Shown one piece after another: positions 44,662-54,483 of a DNA stretch of 64,000 nt. The notes below the pieces were generated by a model. That model was not told the DNA's origin, ran no database searches, and saw only the letters and a list, made by a program, of their open reading frames with translations. This DNA comes from Acinetobacter phage SH-Ab 15599: the sequence record MH517022.1; one strand, written 5' to 3'. The stretch's first letter is position 1, and the number at the start of each line of letters is the position of its first letter. The position numbers and the translations under genes were made by a program.

Positions 44662-46308
44662 CTAGAAAAGGGAGTTAAGGCTGAATGAAGTCGGTGCCTT
44701 AGCCTCCCATTTGATTGCGACTAAAAAGTTTGTAAGTGGATTGATAAAACATTTACTGAATGCAGCATCTTTATCAATGAACTTCTCAAGATTAAACTCC
44801 TTCGGTAGTTGATCATCATACGCAATAACTTCCATACCAAACGGTGAGCCTTTTCTTAAAGGTAACACGTAGTATTTATTGCCGCTACGAAGTGGCATAA
44901 TTTGCGGTGCATCAACCTTAGTTAATAAGGTATTATGATTTATCGCCCCTTTAACATGATATGGGGTTCCTTTAACCGCAACGCCGTTACTGAGATAATC
45001 TTCAATATTGTTGATATTCTGAGCCGCCCCGTATTCATTGATATTACGAGATTTCATGAATTCAACTTCACACTTTGCTACAAAATCATGTAGTTCAGTT
45101 TTCTTCTCTTCAAGAGCCAATTGATAGCCCGTTTTCATCCACTCACGGCAGAACATTGGGTAGTTAGACTTGCGAGCCTCTAAACCAACGATTTTAAGCT
45201 TAGGAGTGGCGTAGCGCACGCCTTCGTTATCAGTTAATAACATAGCGTAACGCTTCTTGGTTGTAAAGATTGCTACCATAGCAATAGCTTCACGTTTGAA
45301 GAACAAAGCGTTGATTGGACAGTTATATGATGAAGCTAGTTCTTCAGCCCATTGAATGTATAGAGGTTCAATGGTTGTAGTCATCAATTCATCAAGCTTA
45401 TCTGTAATCTCAGAATCTGATAATTCGTCCCATCCAGAAGCCTTAACCACACCTTTGAACTCAGTATAGATCGAGTCAGTATCTCCATAGAAGCAATGGT
45501 CACCTTCAAGATTATAAGTTTTGTTGATCCATTCATTCAACTTAAACATAATATGTCGAGTTGAACATTGACCCGCAGTTGTAATAGCTTCAGCAATACG
45601 GATTTCAAAGTGGTCGGCGAAGTTTTCATTTGCAATCGCGCCATAACCCGCGTTTGCAGCAATCTTATGTGCGTGTTGGTTTGAGTCTCCGTTTTGGATT
45701 TTTGTTTCCCAAACATCATATTCTTTGTAATACGCTTCTGTCTTCTCTAATTGCTCATCCAAGTATTTTTTCTTGAAGGATTCAAGAGAACGTTCATCGT
45801 CTTTCATTGCCTTTTTAATGACCTTACGCGTATCATATAGGTCTTTGAATACACGGCGCAACAATGAAGGTTTTTCAGTCTTAAACATTGCAAGGTTTGG
45901 AGCCATACAGACTTTCAAACGTTTGAGAGTTTGGAACTGATATGGGGCTTCAAAGTAGATGTCCCAAATACCTTTACGCTCACGGAAACGTTGAGCATAT
46001 AAACGGGTGTATTGGGTTTGTTCTTCTTCCGGAATATCATCCATCTCTTGAGCCAGAGCGTCAAGAATCTTCTCTGTAATACCCCAAGGTACAAGCGTCT
46101 CAATACCCATGTTGAATTGTTGTGCCATATGCGGATAACCTATGTGTTCAGATGAGTTCGTGATTCTCACCTCGGAATTACATCCAGCTGTATGTCGCCA
46201 TACAGAGCAGACTATATCATCACCCACGTTATACGTTTGGTACGCTGTTGTAAGTAGCGCAGATGAGCTATACTCACCGTGTCTCCCGTTTCCATTTAAG
46301 CCATACAT
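44662..46308 (-). CDS. 43: DNA polymerase gp43, C-terminal fragment (family B palm, fingers and thumb)
   Basis: Motif B KIAANAGYGAIANENF and motif C YGDTDS. The track extends to 46323 through a GTG. The first ATG is at 46308, one nt after the stop of the HNH gene. Confidence 0.85.
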   Translation of the reverse strand: MYGLNGNGRHGEYSSSALLTTAYQTYNVGDDIVCSVWRHTAGCNSEVRITNSSEHIGYPHMAQQFNMGIETLVPWGITEKILDALAQEMDDIPEEEQTQYTRLYAQRFRERKGIWDIYFEAPYQFQTLKRLKVCMAPNLAMFKTEKPSLLRRVFKDLYDTRKVIKKAMKDDERSLESFKKKYLDEQLEKTEAYYKEYDVWETKIQNGDSNQHAHKIAANAGYGAIANENFADHFEIRIAEAITTAGQCSTRHIMFKLNEWINKTYNLEGDHCFYGDTDSIYTEFKGVVKASGWDELSDSEITDKLDELMTTTIEPLYIQWAEELASSYNCPINALFFKREAIAMVAIFTTKKRYAMLLTDNEGVRYATPKLKIVGLEARKSNYPMFCREWMKTGYQLALEEKKTELHDFVAKCEVEFMKSRNINEYGAAQNINNIEDYLSNGVAVKGTPYHVKGAINHNTLLTKVDAPQIMPLRSGNKYYVLPLRKGSPFGMEVIAYDDQLPKEFNLEKFIDKDAAFSKCFINPLTNFLVAIKWEAKAPTSFSLNSLF

Positions 46309-46309
46309 T

Positions 46310-47209
46310 TCAGGCACCCACACTTGGCTGTACTATGTCTTGCGACTGTCTAGTCGTTGAACCTTTCAGAATTTCTTTGATCTTTACAGTATAAACAGAA
46401 ACATCTAATCCTTTGAGATTTAATGGTCTGACGTAATTGGAAGTGAGAGCGCCGCTGTTAGTAAAAATCGCTTTACCATCAACATGAGCCTTTCTATAAA
46501 AATCGAACAATTGTTCTTCTGTCCAATTCTTAATTTCTTCTTTCTTACGTTCAAGACTAGCTTTGAATTTGTTCTTTCCTTCTTCAGATTGCATAGGGTT
46601 GTTTGTAGAGAACCCCTTGCCATCTAAATGATGAACTAATTCTCCAGAAGTATATCTTGGATCATTCTTTTCAGTCATGAATATATTCCCATCTTTGTCT
46701 TTTACAACAACTCGACCAGTCATATATTCTTTACTTTTTTGAACGATAGCTTTAGCAGTCTCTGCATCAGCGCCCATATATTTCTTCCCTTTCATATCAA
46801 GGCGTTGTACACCTTTCTTTGAAAGACTAATCTTTTGCTTCACATCTTCTCTTTTAGAAGGATTGTTTTCTCCGCTGTTTAGTTCTCTAGCTAATTTTCT
46901 TGCCGACTCACAATATTCAGCCCCATCTCTGGTTGTTACCATAAGATGATAGGCATATCCTGTAGATTGAGTCTTTGCACCTAGCATAAGAAGTCTATGT
47001 GCTTCCACGTGTTCTAATATAGATAATTCTACAATATTCCACTTGGCGTTTCTGTACTCATAAAAATCGCAGATTGGTAAAATATGATGGCGCTCAACAA
47101 CATCAGAACCTTTAGCAGATTGAATGTATTCAACGTATTGCTCTAGCAACGCGCTGTCTCCATTCTTATAAGTCTGCTTCAAAGCATCTAACATCTGTTT
47201 ACCGTTCAT
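46310..47209 (-). CDS. HNH homing endonuclease with NUMOD-like modules, inserted inside gene 43
   Basis: HHILPICDFYEYRNAKWNIVELSILEHVEAH is an HNH motif. GENNPSKREDVKQKISLSKKG is a NUMOD3-like repeat. Reading frame differs from both pol fragments. Confidence 0.8.
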   Translation of the reverse strand: MNGKQMLDALKQTYKNGDSALLEQYVEYIQSAKGSDVVERHHILPICDFYEYRNAKWNIVELSILEHVEAHRLLMLGAKTQSTGYAYHLMVTTRDGAEYCESARKLARELNSGENNPSKREDVKQKISLSKKGVQRLDMKGKKYMGADAETAKAIVQKSKEYMTGRVVVKDKDGNIFMTEKNDPRYTSGELVHHLDGKGFSTNNPMQSEEGKNKFKASLERKKEEIKNWTEEQLFDFYRKAHVDGKAIFTNSGALTSNYVRPLNLKGLDVSVYTVKIKEILKGSTTRQSQDIVQPSVGA

Positions 47210-47301
47210 AATCACTAACTCTGACTTGGCTGCTGATTGTCTCAGTGAGATTTCCCAGCAATTAAAGAGATTTTCATTGTGTTATTTCTAACACAAGCCC
47301 C

Positions 47302-48576
47302 CTATATGTTAAGGGCATTTGCATCGCTAGACATTACATTTTCATAACGCCCTGGGGTCACCTCTTTAACATAACCTCCGGCATAGTCTGGTTTTGAGTT
47401 TACGCGTGGACGAATTTCAGAAAACTCATTGTTACGCGCCCCGTAACCATACATGAGATATTGCCAAGGTAACACGGTTGCATTTGTATCATCTGGATTA
47501 CAGTGATACAAGAATGCTAATGTATACGCCAGTTGCAATAGTTTTGTTTTCTGAGCAATACGCAATACCAAGTTTACGTCGTGAATGTTATATCCAATAT
47601 AGTTTTGGTAATCTTTGATATAAAATTCTGTTAAGCTTGAGAACTCGCTATGATCAACCTTTTCTTCTTTGAGATAATGTTGAGCTGCAGTATTCAGCTT
47701 GTTGTTATCCAATTCAATAAAGCCGTGTTTTGCTACACTTTCTTTTAAGTCTAGGTTTGAAATACCTGAGATTGTAAATGTAACCTCTTCACCATATTTG
47801 CCGTTGAAGGTACGTTTGCGACAGTAACCATGAGGTGAAATACGATTCAGAATATCTCGACCCAACAGCTTATCAATGCGGTTACAGAAGTACGCAATAT
47901 CAAACGTATCACTGTTCCAACCTGAGATGTAGTCATATTGGTGGGATTCATACTGATCTACAAAATCATACAGAAGATCAATTTCATTATCATATCCAAC
48001 ATAGACAATGTCTTCTGGCTTGACCGTCTTACGAACTTGCTCAGGTAATTTGTTTACATCAAATGTACCCAAATCATGGCCTTGGAAATGCTCTAGACCT
48101 AACACATAGAACTTTTCAGTGAATGTATCATATGTTGTAATGGCTGTAATAGGGTATAAGGCTAATGCAGGATCAGGGAAGGGGCCAGGCTGAATTTTAC
48201 CGTCAGCAGTAATTGTACCAGATTCAACCTCAATATCGACCAATGCCCCTCTGATATATTTCATATCAAATTTGATTTCTTTTTCAGGGTAATGCTCTGC
48301 TGAGTATTGAGCTAATGGGTTATCAATACCGTAGATTTTGAAGTTGGGGATGTTCTTCATCTGCTCCATCCACTCTTCCATAGCGTAGTTGTTATCAAAC
48401 ACTATGCGTTCAAGAGGGATACCATTCAGAGACTTATAAGGACTATCAGCATTTGTAGATACGGTATACAAAGAAGGCTGAAAACTAATTTCACGCATCT
48501 TTCTCACGCCGTCTTCAACATAGCGCTCAAGAATGCGGTCTTTCTGTTTTGTTAGGTTGGTATAAAAGCGTTGCAT
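47302..48576 (-). CDS. 43: DNA polymerase gp43, N-terminal fragment (exonuclease domain up to motif A)
   Basis: MQRFYTNLTKQKDRILERYVEDGVRKMREISFQPSLYT parallels the T4 gp43 N-terminus. The fragment ends ...VMSSDANALNI at a TAG inside the motif-A (DxxSLYPS) position. Confidence 0.85.
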   Translation of the reverse strand: MQRFYTNLTKQKDRILERYVEDGVRKMREISFQPSLYTVSTNADSPYKSLNGIPLERIVFDNNYAMEEWMEQMKNIPNFKIYGIDNPLAQYSAEHYPEKEIKFDMKYIRGALVDIEVESGTITADGKIQPGPFPDPALALYPITAITTYDTFTEKFYVLGLEHFQGHDLGTFDVNKLPEQVRKTVKPEDIVYVGYDNEIDLLYDFVDQYESHQYDYISGWNSDTFDIAYFCNRIDKLLGRDILNRISPHGYCRKRTFNGKYGEEVTFTISGISNLDLKESVAKHGFIELDNNKLNTAAQHYLKEEKVDHSEFSSLTEFYIKDYQNYIGYNIHDVNLVLRIAQKTKLLQLAYTLAFLYHCNPDDTNATVLPWQYLMYGYGARNNEFSEIRPRVNSKPDYAGGYVKEVTPGRYENVMSSDANALNI

Positions 48577-48654
48577 TTACATGCTCCTTAGGTAATCAGA
48601 AATATTATAGCTTGTTTTTAGTGGTTAATAGATATATCAAAAAGGAATATCATT

Positions 48655-49164
48655 ATGAAGCCGCCTGTTTATTCAAATGCTCAATCTAATAATGCTATGT
48701 GTATTATAGAGACCATGGAAAATGTTCAGTTCAAGCTTTATGACTTTCAACTCCCGATGCTATCTTTCAACTCAACAATTTTGGGCACTGATAGTAAGGT
48801 ACAAATCAGAGTACCAGGCACTCATGTAGAGTTTGATTTCCTCCAAATCAACTTCTTTGTAGATGAATTATGGGAAAACTACTTTGAATGTTACGATTGG
48901 TCTATGTTAACAATCGGTAGCCCTGACCCATTTGAACATACAAAAACCATTTCTATTGTTCCCCTAGATAGTAATAAGAACCCAGTTGGACGCGTCTTCG
49001 TCTTTTTAGATGCTCATATTATGAATATGGCACCTGTTCAATTAGACGGAGAAGGAGAAACAACTGATATCGTTATGGGATTAACAATTTCCTTCTCTGA
49101 AATGAAAGTTGAAAAATGGTTTGATGCAGATGGATCAACCAATGTAGTTATCTCCAAGGACTAA
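48655..49164 (+). CDS. Hypothetical protein, 169 aa
   Basis: Plus-strand ORF with RBS aaggaa. Confidence 0.4.
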   Translation: MKPPVYSNAQSNNAMCIIETMENVQFKLYDFQLPMLSFNSTILGTDSKVQIRVPGTHVEFDFLQINFFVDELWENYFECYDWSMLTIGSPDPFEHTKTISIVPLDSNKNPVGRVFVFLDAHIMNMAPVQLDGEGETTDIVMGLTISFSEMKVEKWFDADGSTNVVISKD

Positions 49165-49194
49165 AGTGGCGGCATACCACTTTAGTCCTCTTTT

Positions 49195-49974
49195 TTACAA
49201 CAAGAATAACGGCGGGATATCATACCAATCTGCATGTTGACGGTGAAATCTGAAGACCTTATCCAATGTCTCGTCTCTTAATGAATCCACTGATTGAACG
49301 AATACATGAGCTGTAGTACGTTTTTTATCTTCTTCAGAAGAGATAATCACTACATCATCAATCTTTTCGCCGTAGCGTTCTTCATGCATCAAAGCATATA
49401 GACAGCCCTGAATGAAATAGTCTCTCATATCAGAACGTCCAAACACGTAGTTTTTGTTTTTGTAGTCAATGATCGCCTTACGATTTCTGAAAACGCCCAT
49501 CAAGTCGCAACGTCCTGCCACTTTCATCTTCTCGGAATACAATGCGTGTTCGACGTATGACCAACTGTTGAGTTCCATTAATGAGAGACGAATCTGCTCA
49601 TACATGAAAGTGAATTCGCCTACTCCAGCTTGAACGTCATAAGGTATACCCTGAATATAATGTTCAAGGGCCTCATGAATAGCCGTTCCACGATCTGTAG
49701 AACGCTTACAGATTCTATCGGCCTCAGCTTTGCCTACTCGGTTACGCCAAGCGATGATCTGGGAATCGTCTTCAAAAGCCCCTAATAGTGTGGTTACAGA
49801 CGGGTAGACGCCGCCATTTGGAGGTCTGTAATACCGTCTATCATTAAAATGAAATGTCTCGCCCCATTGATTGTCCGGAACCAGATTTGGAATAACTCTT
49901 AAATCAAATTTCTTATCAGGGGTGCGCCCTACGCCCTCAAGTTTTATTCGCTTCAGGTCTGCTAATGAAGCCAT
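49195..49974 (-). CDS. PD-(D/E)xK-family nuclease (Cas4 or YqaJ-like exonuclease fold)
   Basis: Ordered motifs YPSVTTLL, GTAIHEALE, AGRCDLMG and IIDYK fit a D...D/E-x-K nuclease core. Confidence 0.5.
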   Translation of the reverse strand: MASLADLKRIKLEGVGRTPDKKFDLRVIPNLVPDNQWGETFHFNDRRYYRPPNGGVYPSVTTLLGAFEDDSQIIAWRNRVGKAEADRICKRSTDRGTAIHEALEHYIQGIPYDVQAGVGEFTFMYEQIRLSLMELNSWSYVEHALYSEKMKVAGRCDLMGVFRNRKAIIDYKNKNYVFGRSDMRDYFIQGCLYALMHEERYGEKIDDVVIISSEEDKKRTTAHVFVQSVDSLRDETLDKVFRFHRQHADWYDIPPLFLL

Positions 49975-49977
49975 TGT

Positions 49978-50325
49978 TTACTCCAATGGTAATGTTTGAT
50001 CTATTTCTAAAAAGTCGTCATACCCGTATATGGTACCGCCCATGTCTCTCATATCCTCAGATGTAAGATGAAGAGTCCAATCCCAACATTTATGATAATG
50101 CGAATAAAAGATATAGAGGAGATTCAACCCAAGACAATAGCGGTTGTCAAAGGATGCATTTCTCTGTTTGATATGTTCTTGTACTGTCTTTGAAAAACGG
50201 TATCTGGGTTTAACAGATACACCTATTTCTTCCATTTTAGCAACAACTTTCTCAATCTGTTCATCTGTTAGCTCATAAACATTAATCGCGACAAATGTAT
50301 TGATCTTGAATACAGTTTTGAACAT
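49978..50325 (-). CDS. Hypothetical protein, 115 aa
   Basis: ORF in the operon. Confidence 0.35.
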   Translation of the reverse strand: MFKTVFKINTFVAINVYELTDEQIEKVVAKMEEIGVSVKPRYRFSKTVQEHIKQRNASFDNRYCLGLNLLYIFYSHYHKCWDWTLHLTSEDMRDMGGTIYGYDDFLEIDQTLPLE

Positions 50326-50328
50326 ATT

Positions 50329-50511
50329 TCACCCCTTAACCAGATCAAGAAAACATTCAACAATCTTAAATGGCATGAATACAACAATCAAGAAGAAAAG
50401 GAACATGTTGACATGTTTACCGTACCAACCCTTTGACCAAGCATATTCATTTAGAGCCGCTACCAGTATCAGGGTTGTAACAGAGAGTAGGGCAACCGCA
50501 GCATATTCCAT
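50329..50511 (-). CDS. Small two-TM membrane protein
   Basis: 60 aa with two hydrophobic segments. Confidence 0.3.
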   Translation of the reverse strand: MEYAAVALLSVTTLILVAALNEYAWSKGWYGKHVNMFLFFLIVVFMPFKIVECFLDLVKG

Positions 50512-50522
50512 ATCTATAATCC

Positions 50523-51020
50523 TTATGTACCGCTCATCATACGCTTGAAGTCAATAGCATATTTGATGGCATATAGACGTTCAGACATCATTTTCTTAGA
50601 GTCTTCAAGATACTTCACAATGCGTTCTTGAACTTGAAGTTCCATTTTAGCAAGAATAAGGTCTTCATCGACCTTCATATATTCATCAACCTCTGTTTTC
50701 ATAACAGATACGCGGAGAGGTTTTTGAGCATACTCTTCCTCACTAGACTTGCCCAAATAATACTTCTTGGCCTTGTTCTTTGCAAGATCAAAACGAATAA
50801 TTTGTTTTTCCAAAGCCTTATATTCTCTTGTATAATGGCGTTGAATCATGGTATGGATCTTGACGTGGCGCAAGGCTTCAGAATCCAACATTTCTGAATT
50901 AACTTCAAGAACTTCTTCAATTTCCTTTTGAATCTGTTCAAAACGAGCTTCATTCTCAGCAATACGTTGAGAAGTTGCTTCACGGGCAGTTTGTAACGGC
51001 GTTTTTTCAGTTGACATCAC
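50523..51020 (-). CDS. uvsY: UvsY recombination mediator
   Basis: YLGKSSEEEY, MKTEV and the C-terminus IKYAIDFKRMMSG align with T4 UvsY (YSGRGDGDEF, MKTVL, IKHIQDMRAFEAG). Near uvsW, as in T4. Confidence 0.65.
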   Translation of the reverse strand: MMSTEKTPLQTAREATSQRIAENEARFEQIQKEIEEVLEVNSEMLDSEALRHVKIHTMIQRHYTREYKALEKQIIRFDLAKNKAKKYYLGKSSEEEYAQKPLRVSVMKTEVDEYMKVDEDLILAKMELQVQERIVKYLEDSKKMMSERLYAIKYAIDFKRMMSGT

Positions 51021-51105
51021 TAATCTCCAATGGAATGACGTATTATAATAGAAAAATAATCACTATTATAAAAACAACTTTGTGAGTGGACAAAATTTTT
51101 CTAAA

Positions 51106-51180
51106 TCCATAAAAAATGCCCTGTAGGAATCAGGGCGAAAGGTGTGTTATTTTAACAAGACACACGGTAGTGCGGTACAG
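51106..51180 (+). repeat. Degenerate composite element copy 3 (tccataaaaaat, hairpin gccctgtaggaatcagggc, cacacggtag)
   Basis: Same plus-strand orientation. The hairpin with an upstream A-tract acts as the minus-strand terminator for the 51181 gene. Confidence 0.55.
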
Positions 51181-51891
51181 TTAATAACTCGATGTTAAAT
51201 TCATCTGAGAATTGATAATACTACTGATTGCTACAATATCATTTAAATCAATTAATGTTTCTAGATTAATTTTAATATTATAGTAATCCCCCATATCTTG
51301 AAAAGAGTGAGTCAATGATAAATCGTCTTTGACAAGCTCTTTGATATCAATATATGGGTTACCAGTTGAATCAATACCAAGACCGCAAAATGCATGATAC
51401 ATTCCATATAGGTCTTGTTTTCCTCTCAAATGACCAGTGATCATAAAAGAACCATGAACGGTTTGACCAATAAGAGGTTTATCAATGTTCAATTCATAGG
51501 CTGTATGAACTTGGTTGATAGAAGTCCTTTGAATATCCGTTGTTACAGGGAAGAAGTCAAACAGCTCATAACCATCCATCTTACGGAGATTGGCTGTAGC
51601 CGTTACTTCATAGAACCCGTTTAAACGTTTATCAAGAGAGTTGTGAACCTTAATCACATGTCCTTCTTTCAGGAAACTACCTTGTTGTGCATCTGTTAAA
51701 GCCTGATTGATGTCACTATAGTCTTTTACAACCTGAATGAAATTTCTCTGTTGAATGGATGCATCAATTCCAGCCATGGTTCTGATCTTACGACCATCTT
51801 CAAGCTCAACTGTGTCCTTCACACCCCCATTTACAAATCTGTTTAATTTGAAAATAAGAGTTTTTAATGCAGAAATAGATACTTCCATCAT
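51181..51891 (-). CDS. Hypothetical protein, 236 aa
   Basis: ORF with ATGA overlap to the upstream gene. Confidence 0.45.
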   Translation of the reverse strand: MMEVSISALKTLIFKLNRFVNGGVKDTVELEDGRKIRTMAGIDASIQQRNFIQVVKDYSDINQALTDAQQGSFLKEGHVIKVHNSLDKRLNGFYEVTATANLRKMDGYELFDFFPVTTDIQRTSINQVHTAYELNIDKPLIGQTVHGSFMITGHLRGKQDLYGMYHAFCGLGIDSTGNPYIDIKELVKDDLSLTHSFQDMGDYYNIKINLETLIDLNDIVAISSIINSQMNLTSSY

Positions 51892-52637
51892 TACATCTCC
51901 GCTAATTTGTAAACAGTGATTGTAGTTCCGGAACCAATTGTAACTTCGACCTTCACAGTATCGCCTTCAACATACATACGGTTGACTTTAACAAGATCAA
52001 AGTTGTTACCAATATAACCTTGAGTTGTCCAATATGTATTAGCGCCTTTAACGCAACCAGTGAACTCTACATTACAGATGTCATTAGAGGTTTCAGCGCG
52101 AATCAAAAGCTTAACGGTGTTGTATTCAAAACGGTTGAATGAATAAACCATTTTGTTGCCGCCTGTTAATTCAGCGATATCTGCCTGCTTAGCATCCTTT
52201 GTCCATTTACAAGGGATCCATTGTTTCAAAACGCCATCATAGTATTCAAGAGATTGAACACCACCTTTGTTTTTCAACAAAGAGACTTCATTGCCTTTCA
52301 AACCAGCGCTTGGAACATTTGAAGAACGTTCTGTGGTATCTTGGAAAGTACCAACAAACCCTCTCTTGAGTTTATCGAGAGCGATTTTGTCATCTTCAGA
52401 AAATATAACAGAACCGTCAATGGTTTCAAATAGAGTTTTCAACCATTCTGGATCGTCAAATTTCAATTTCCAGTCATAGAGATACTTCACAGAGTCAGCT
52501 GAAGCGACTTTATCAGCGCCCCCACCAAGACCGTCTGCTACAATATCATCTAATGAAATTTTTCCAGCAACAGAAGCCAAGATTTTATCAATCTCGGCCC
52601 CTGTATAACGACTTAAAAAACTATTAGCCATTATCAT
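51891..52637 (-). CDS. Hypothetical protein (possible virion or fibre-associated), start uncertain
   Basis: Likely start MIMANSFLSRYTGAEIDKIL after RBS agagga. Beta-rich C-terminus. Confidence 0.4.
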   Translation of the reverse strand: MIMANSFLSRYTGAEIDKILASVAGKISLDDIVADGLGGGADKVASADSVKYLYDWKLKFDDPEWLKTLFETIDGSVIFSEDDKIALDKLKRGFVGTFQDTTERSSNVPSAGLKGNEVSLLKNKGGVQSLEYYDGVLKQWIPCKWTKDAKQADIAELTGGNKMVYSFNRFEYNTVKLLIRAETSNDICNVEFTGCVKGANTYWTTQGYIGNNFDLVKVNRMYVEGDTVKVEVTIGSGTTITVYKLAEM

Positions 52638-52962
52638 TGTCCTCTTTTGATGAGCCCAACTTATTGGCGCCAGGCACAATGCTCTTCAACCAGCTCATAC
52701 CGTCCTTCTCAAGTAAGGCTAAAATTGGGTATGAAAGGAACCCCAAAATCATAAACAGACCATCTCTGTAATATAAATCTTTAGGGACAAATGACCCAGC
52801 TACGTTACCAACGAAGAATGCGATAACAATGGAAGCAAGAAGCAACCAACCGTTAAATGGTTCTTTGGATTGAGTCAATCTGTAGATGTAGGAAGCTATA
52901 CCGCCAAAAATGCCAACTCCACCTGCGATCAACAGTTCATAAAAACGCTCAAATAAGTTCAC
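52624..52962 (-). CDS. Small membrane protein (three or four TM)
   Basis: Hydrophobic segments throughout. Could be holin or immunity-like. Confidence 0.4.
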   Translation of the reverse strand: MNLFERFYELLIAGGVGIFGGIASYIYRLTQSKEPFNGWLLLASIVIAFFVGNVAGSFVPKDLYYRDGLFMILGFLSYPILALLEKDGMSWLKSIVPGANKLGSSKEDNDNG

Positions 52963-53067
52963 AGGATATATCCCCTTGTGTTCAGGGAGTATCTCCCTGC
53001 CGCAGACATCTAGTGCCCTTTAAAAAGGGCGTCTGTAGAACGCCCTTTGATTCATGAAGGTATTTAA

Positions 53068-54462
53068 TCAAACTTTCACAGATTCAATATCGGCAGCTAA
53101 AAGGAACTCTGGCGTTTTCTTTTCCAATTCATTGTATTCAGATTGAGCCTTTTGAAGTAACTTTTGAACTCTCTCAATACGTTCATCAGTTAATGCTAAA
53201 ATGTCTGATTCTAAGAATCGTTTAATGAGAGCATCATTATCAACAATATTTCTCAGCTCTGATTCAATTTCTGGACGCTTCTTTTTCAACAGTTCTGGAT
53301 TTGCTAACCAGAATTTAATATACTTGATGAGAGATTCATACCAGTGTACGTGATACTCTAACAACTCAAGCTTGTAATTCTTACGCACTTGAATCCACCA
53401 AAGGCGTTCTTCAATCCAATATTTCAATAGATCAGTAGCAGAATCAAAAGACTTGATACAGTTGTCAAAACCCCATACATTGATATTTTCAGTAAATGAG
53501 CTGTTCAATTTGAAGATGGAATGCAACTTATCAATTGTTTGTTTACCAAATTCTCTGCTGTGACGTATAATGATTTTCCAATTGCCTTCTGTAGATTCAT
53601 CATCAAATGATACAATCTTCTTGGAAGTTAACAAAGGTAATAATACGCGCTGTTTGTACTTCTCATATTGGAACGGCGAGAACGGAGGCAAGTCTGTAAT
53701 TGTAGTTGTAGTCTGATTGTTACGTTCAATGACACCAGTAATGATAAATTGTTTTGGGTCTTTAGCTTGAACAACCGTACCTTTGAAACCATTGAAACTT
53801 GGAATCATGAATTTTTCAGGTATCTCTTTTTCAGGAGATGTGAGATAGGCAGCAATTGCCTTTTTAATGTTAAGAATGTTTCGAGGTAAAATGTTGGACG
53901 AATAGCCAAACCCAATACCGAATCCACCGTTAATAAGAATTAAGGGCAATTTAGGAAGGAAAAAGTCTGGCTCGATCTCATCCCCGTCTGTTTCTTTATA
54001 ATTGATAATGGACAGGTCATCTTCATCAAACATTTCATCAATGGCTGTAGTACGTCGTACAAAAATGTAACGACCATCAGTTGCTCTGTTATCAATAGCT
54101 GTACCAAACTGACCTTCTTTTTGTAATAATGGATAGTTATTAGCTCCAGCAAAATCTTGAGCCAACCCGATTACAGACTCAATAAGAGAGCTTTCCCCGT
54201 GTTGATAATGCGTCTTGCTTGAGGTAAATGAAGCAAGGTTGTTAACCTTAACACTTTCTCCCTCTTTGATTTCTTTCATTACGGTGTAGATGACCTTGCG
54301 CTGAGACATCTTCAAACCATCTACAGCAGACGGGATAGAACGTTCATTATCATATTGAACGTATGGTTTAAAATCATTTTCAATGAATTCATTAATTGGA
54401 ACTATTTGAACGTCAAACATGTTTCTGGTACTCTGAAATGAAATAGGGATATCATAAGACAT
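53068..54462 (-). CDS. 52: Topoisomerase II medium subunit (gp52, GyrA-like)
   Basis: IPSAVDGLKMSQRKV and NNYPLLQKEGQFGTAIDNRATDGRYIFVR align with T4 gp52 (IPNMIDGFKPVQRFV, NNFPLLDGQGNFGSRTVQKAAASRYIFAR). Confidence 0.85.
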   Translation of the reverse strand: MSYDIPISFQSTRNMFDVQIVPINEFIENDFKPYVQYDNERSIPSAVDGLKMSQRKVIYTVMKEIKEGESVKVNNLASFTSSKTHYQHGESSLIESVIGLAQDFAGANNYPLLQKEGQFGTAIDNRATDGRYIFVRRTTAIDEMFDEDDLSIINYKETDGDEIEPDFFLPKLPLILINGGFGIGFGYSSNILPRNILNIKKAIAAYLTSPEKEIPEKFMIPSFNGFKGTVVQAKDPKQFIITGVIERNNQTTTTITDLPPFSPFQYEKYKQRVLLPLLTSKKIVSFDDESTEGNWKIIIRHSREFGKQTIDKLHSIFKLNSSFTENINVWGFDNCIKSFDSATDLLKYWIEERLWWIQVRKNYKLELLEYHVHWYESLIKYIKFWLANPELLKKKRPEIESELRNIVDNDALIKRFLESDILALTDERIERVQKLLQKAQSEYNELEKKTPEFLLAADIESVKV

Positions 54463-54483
54463 CCCTGTAGATAAGTTTAATTA

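Noticed and set aside
46310-47301. Intein interpretation of the polymerase interruption
   Set aside because: The HNH ORF is in a different reading frame from both pol fragments and has its own start. The pol frame hits TAG immediately after the N-fragment. No in-frame fusion is possible.
46300-47310. Group I intron that would restore a canonical motif A on splicing
   Set aside because: I could not find the codons for the missing SLYPS at the start of the C-fragment in any frame. Splicing cannot be confirmed or excluded by eye, so it stays a caveat inside the split-polymerase finding.
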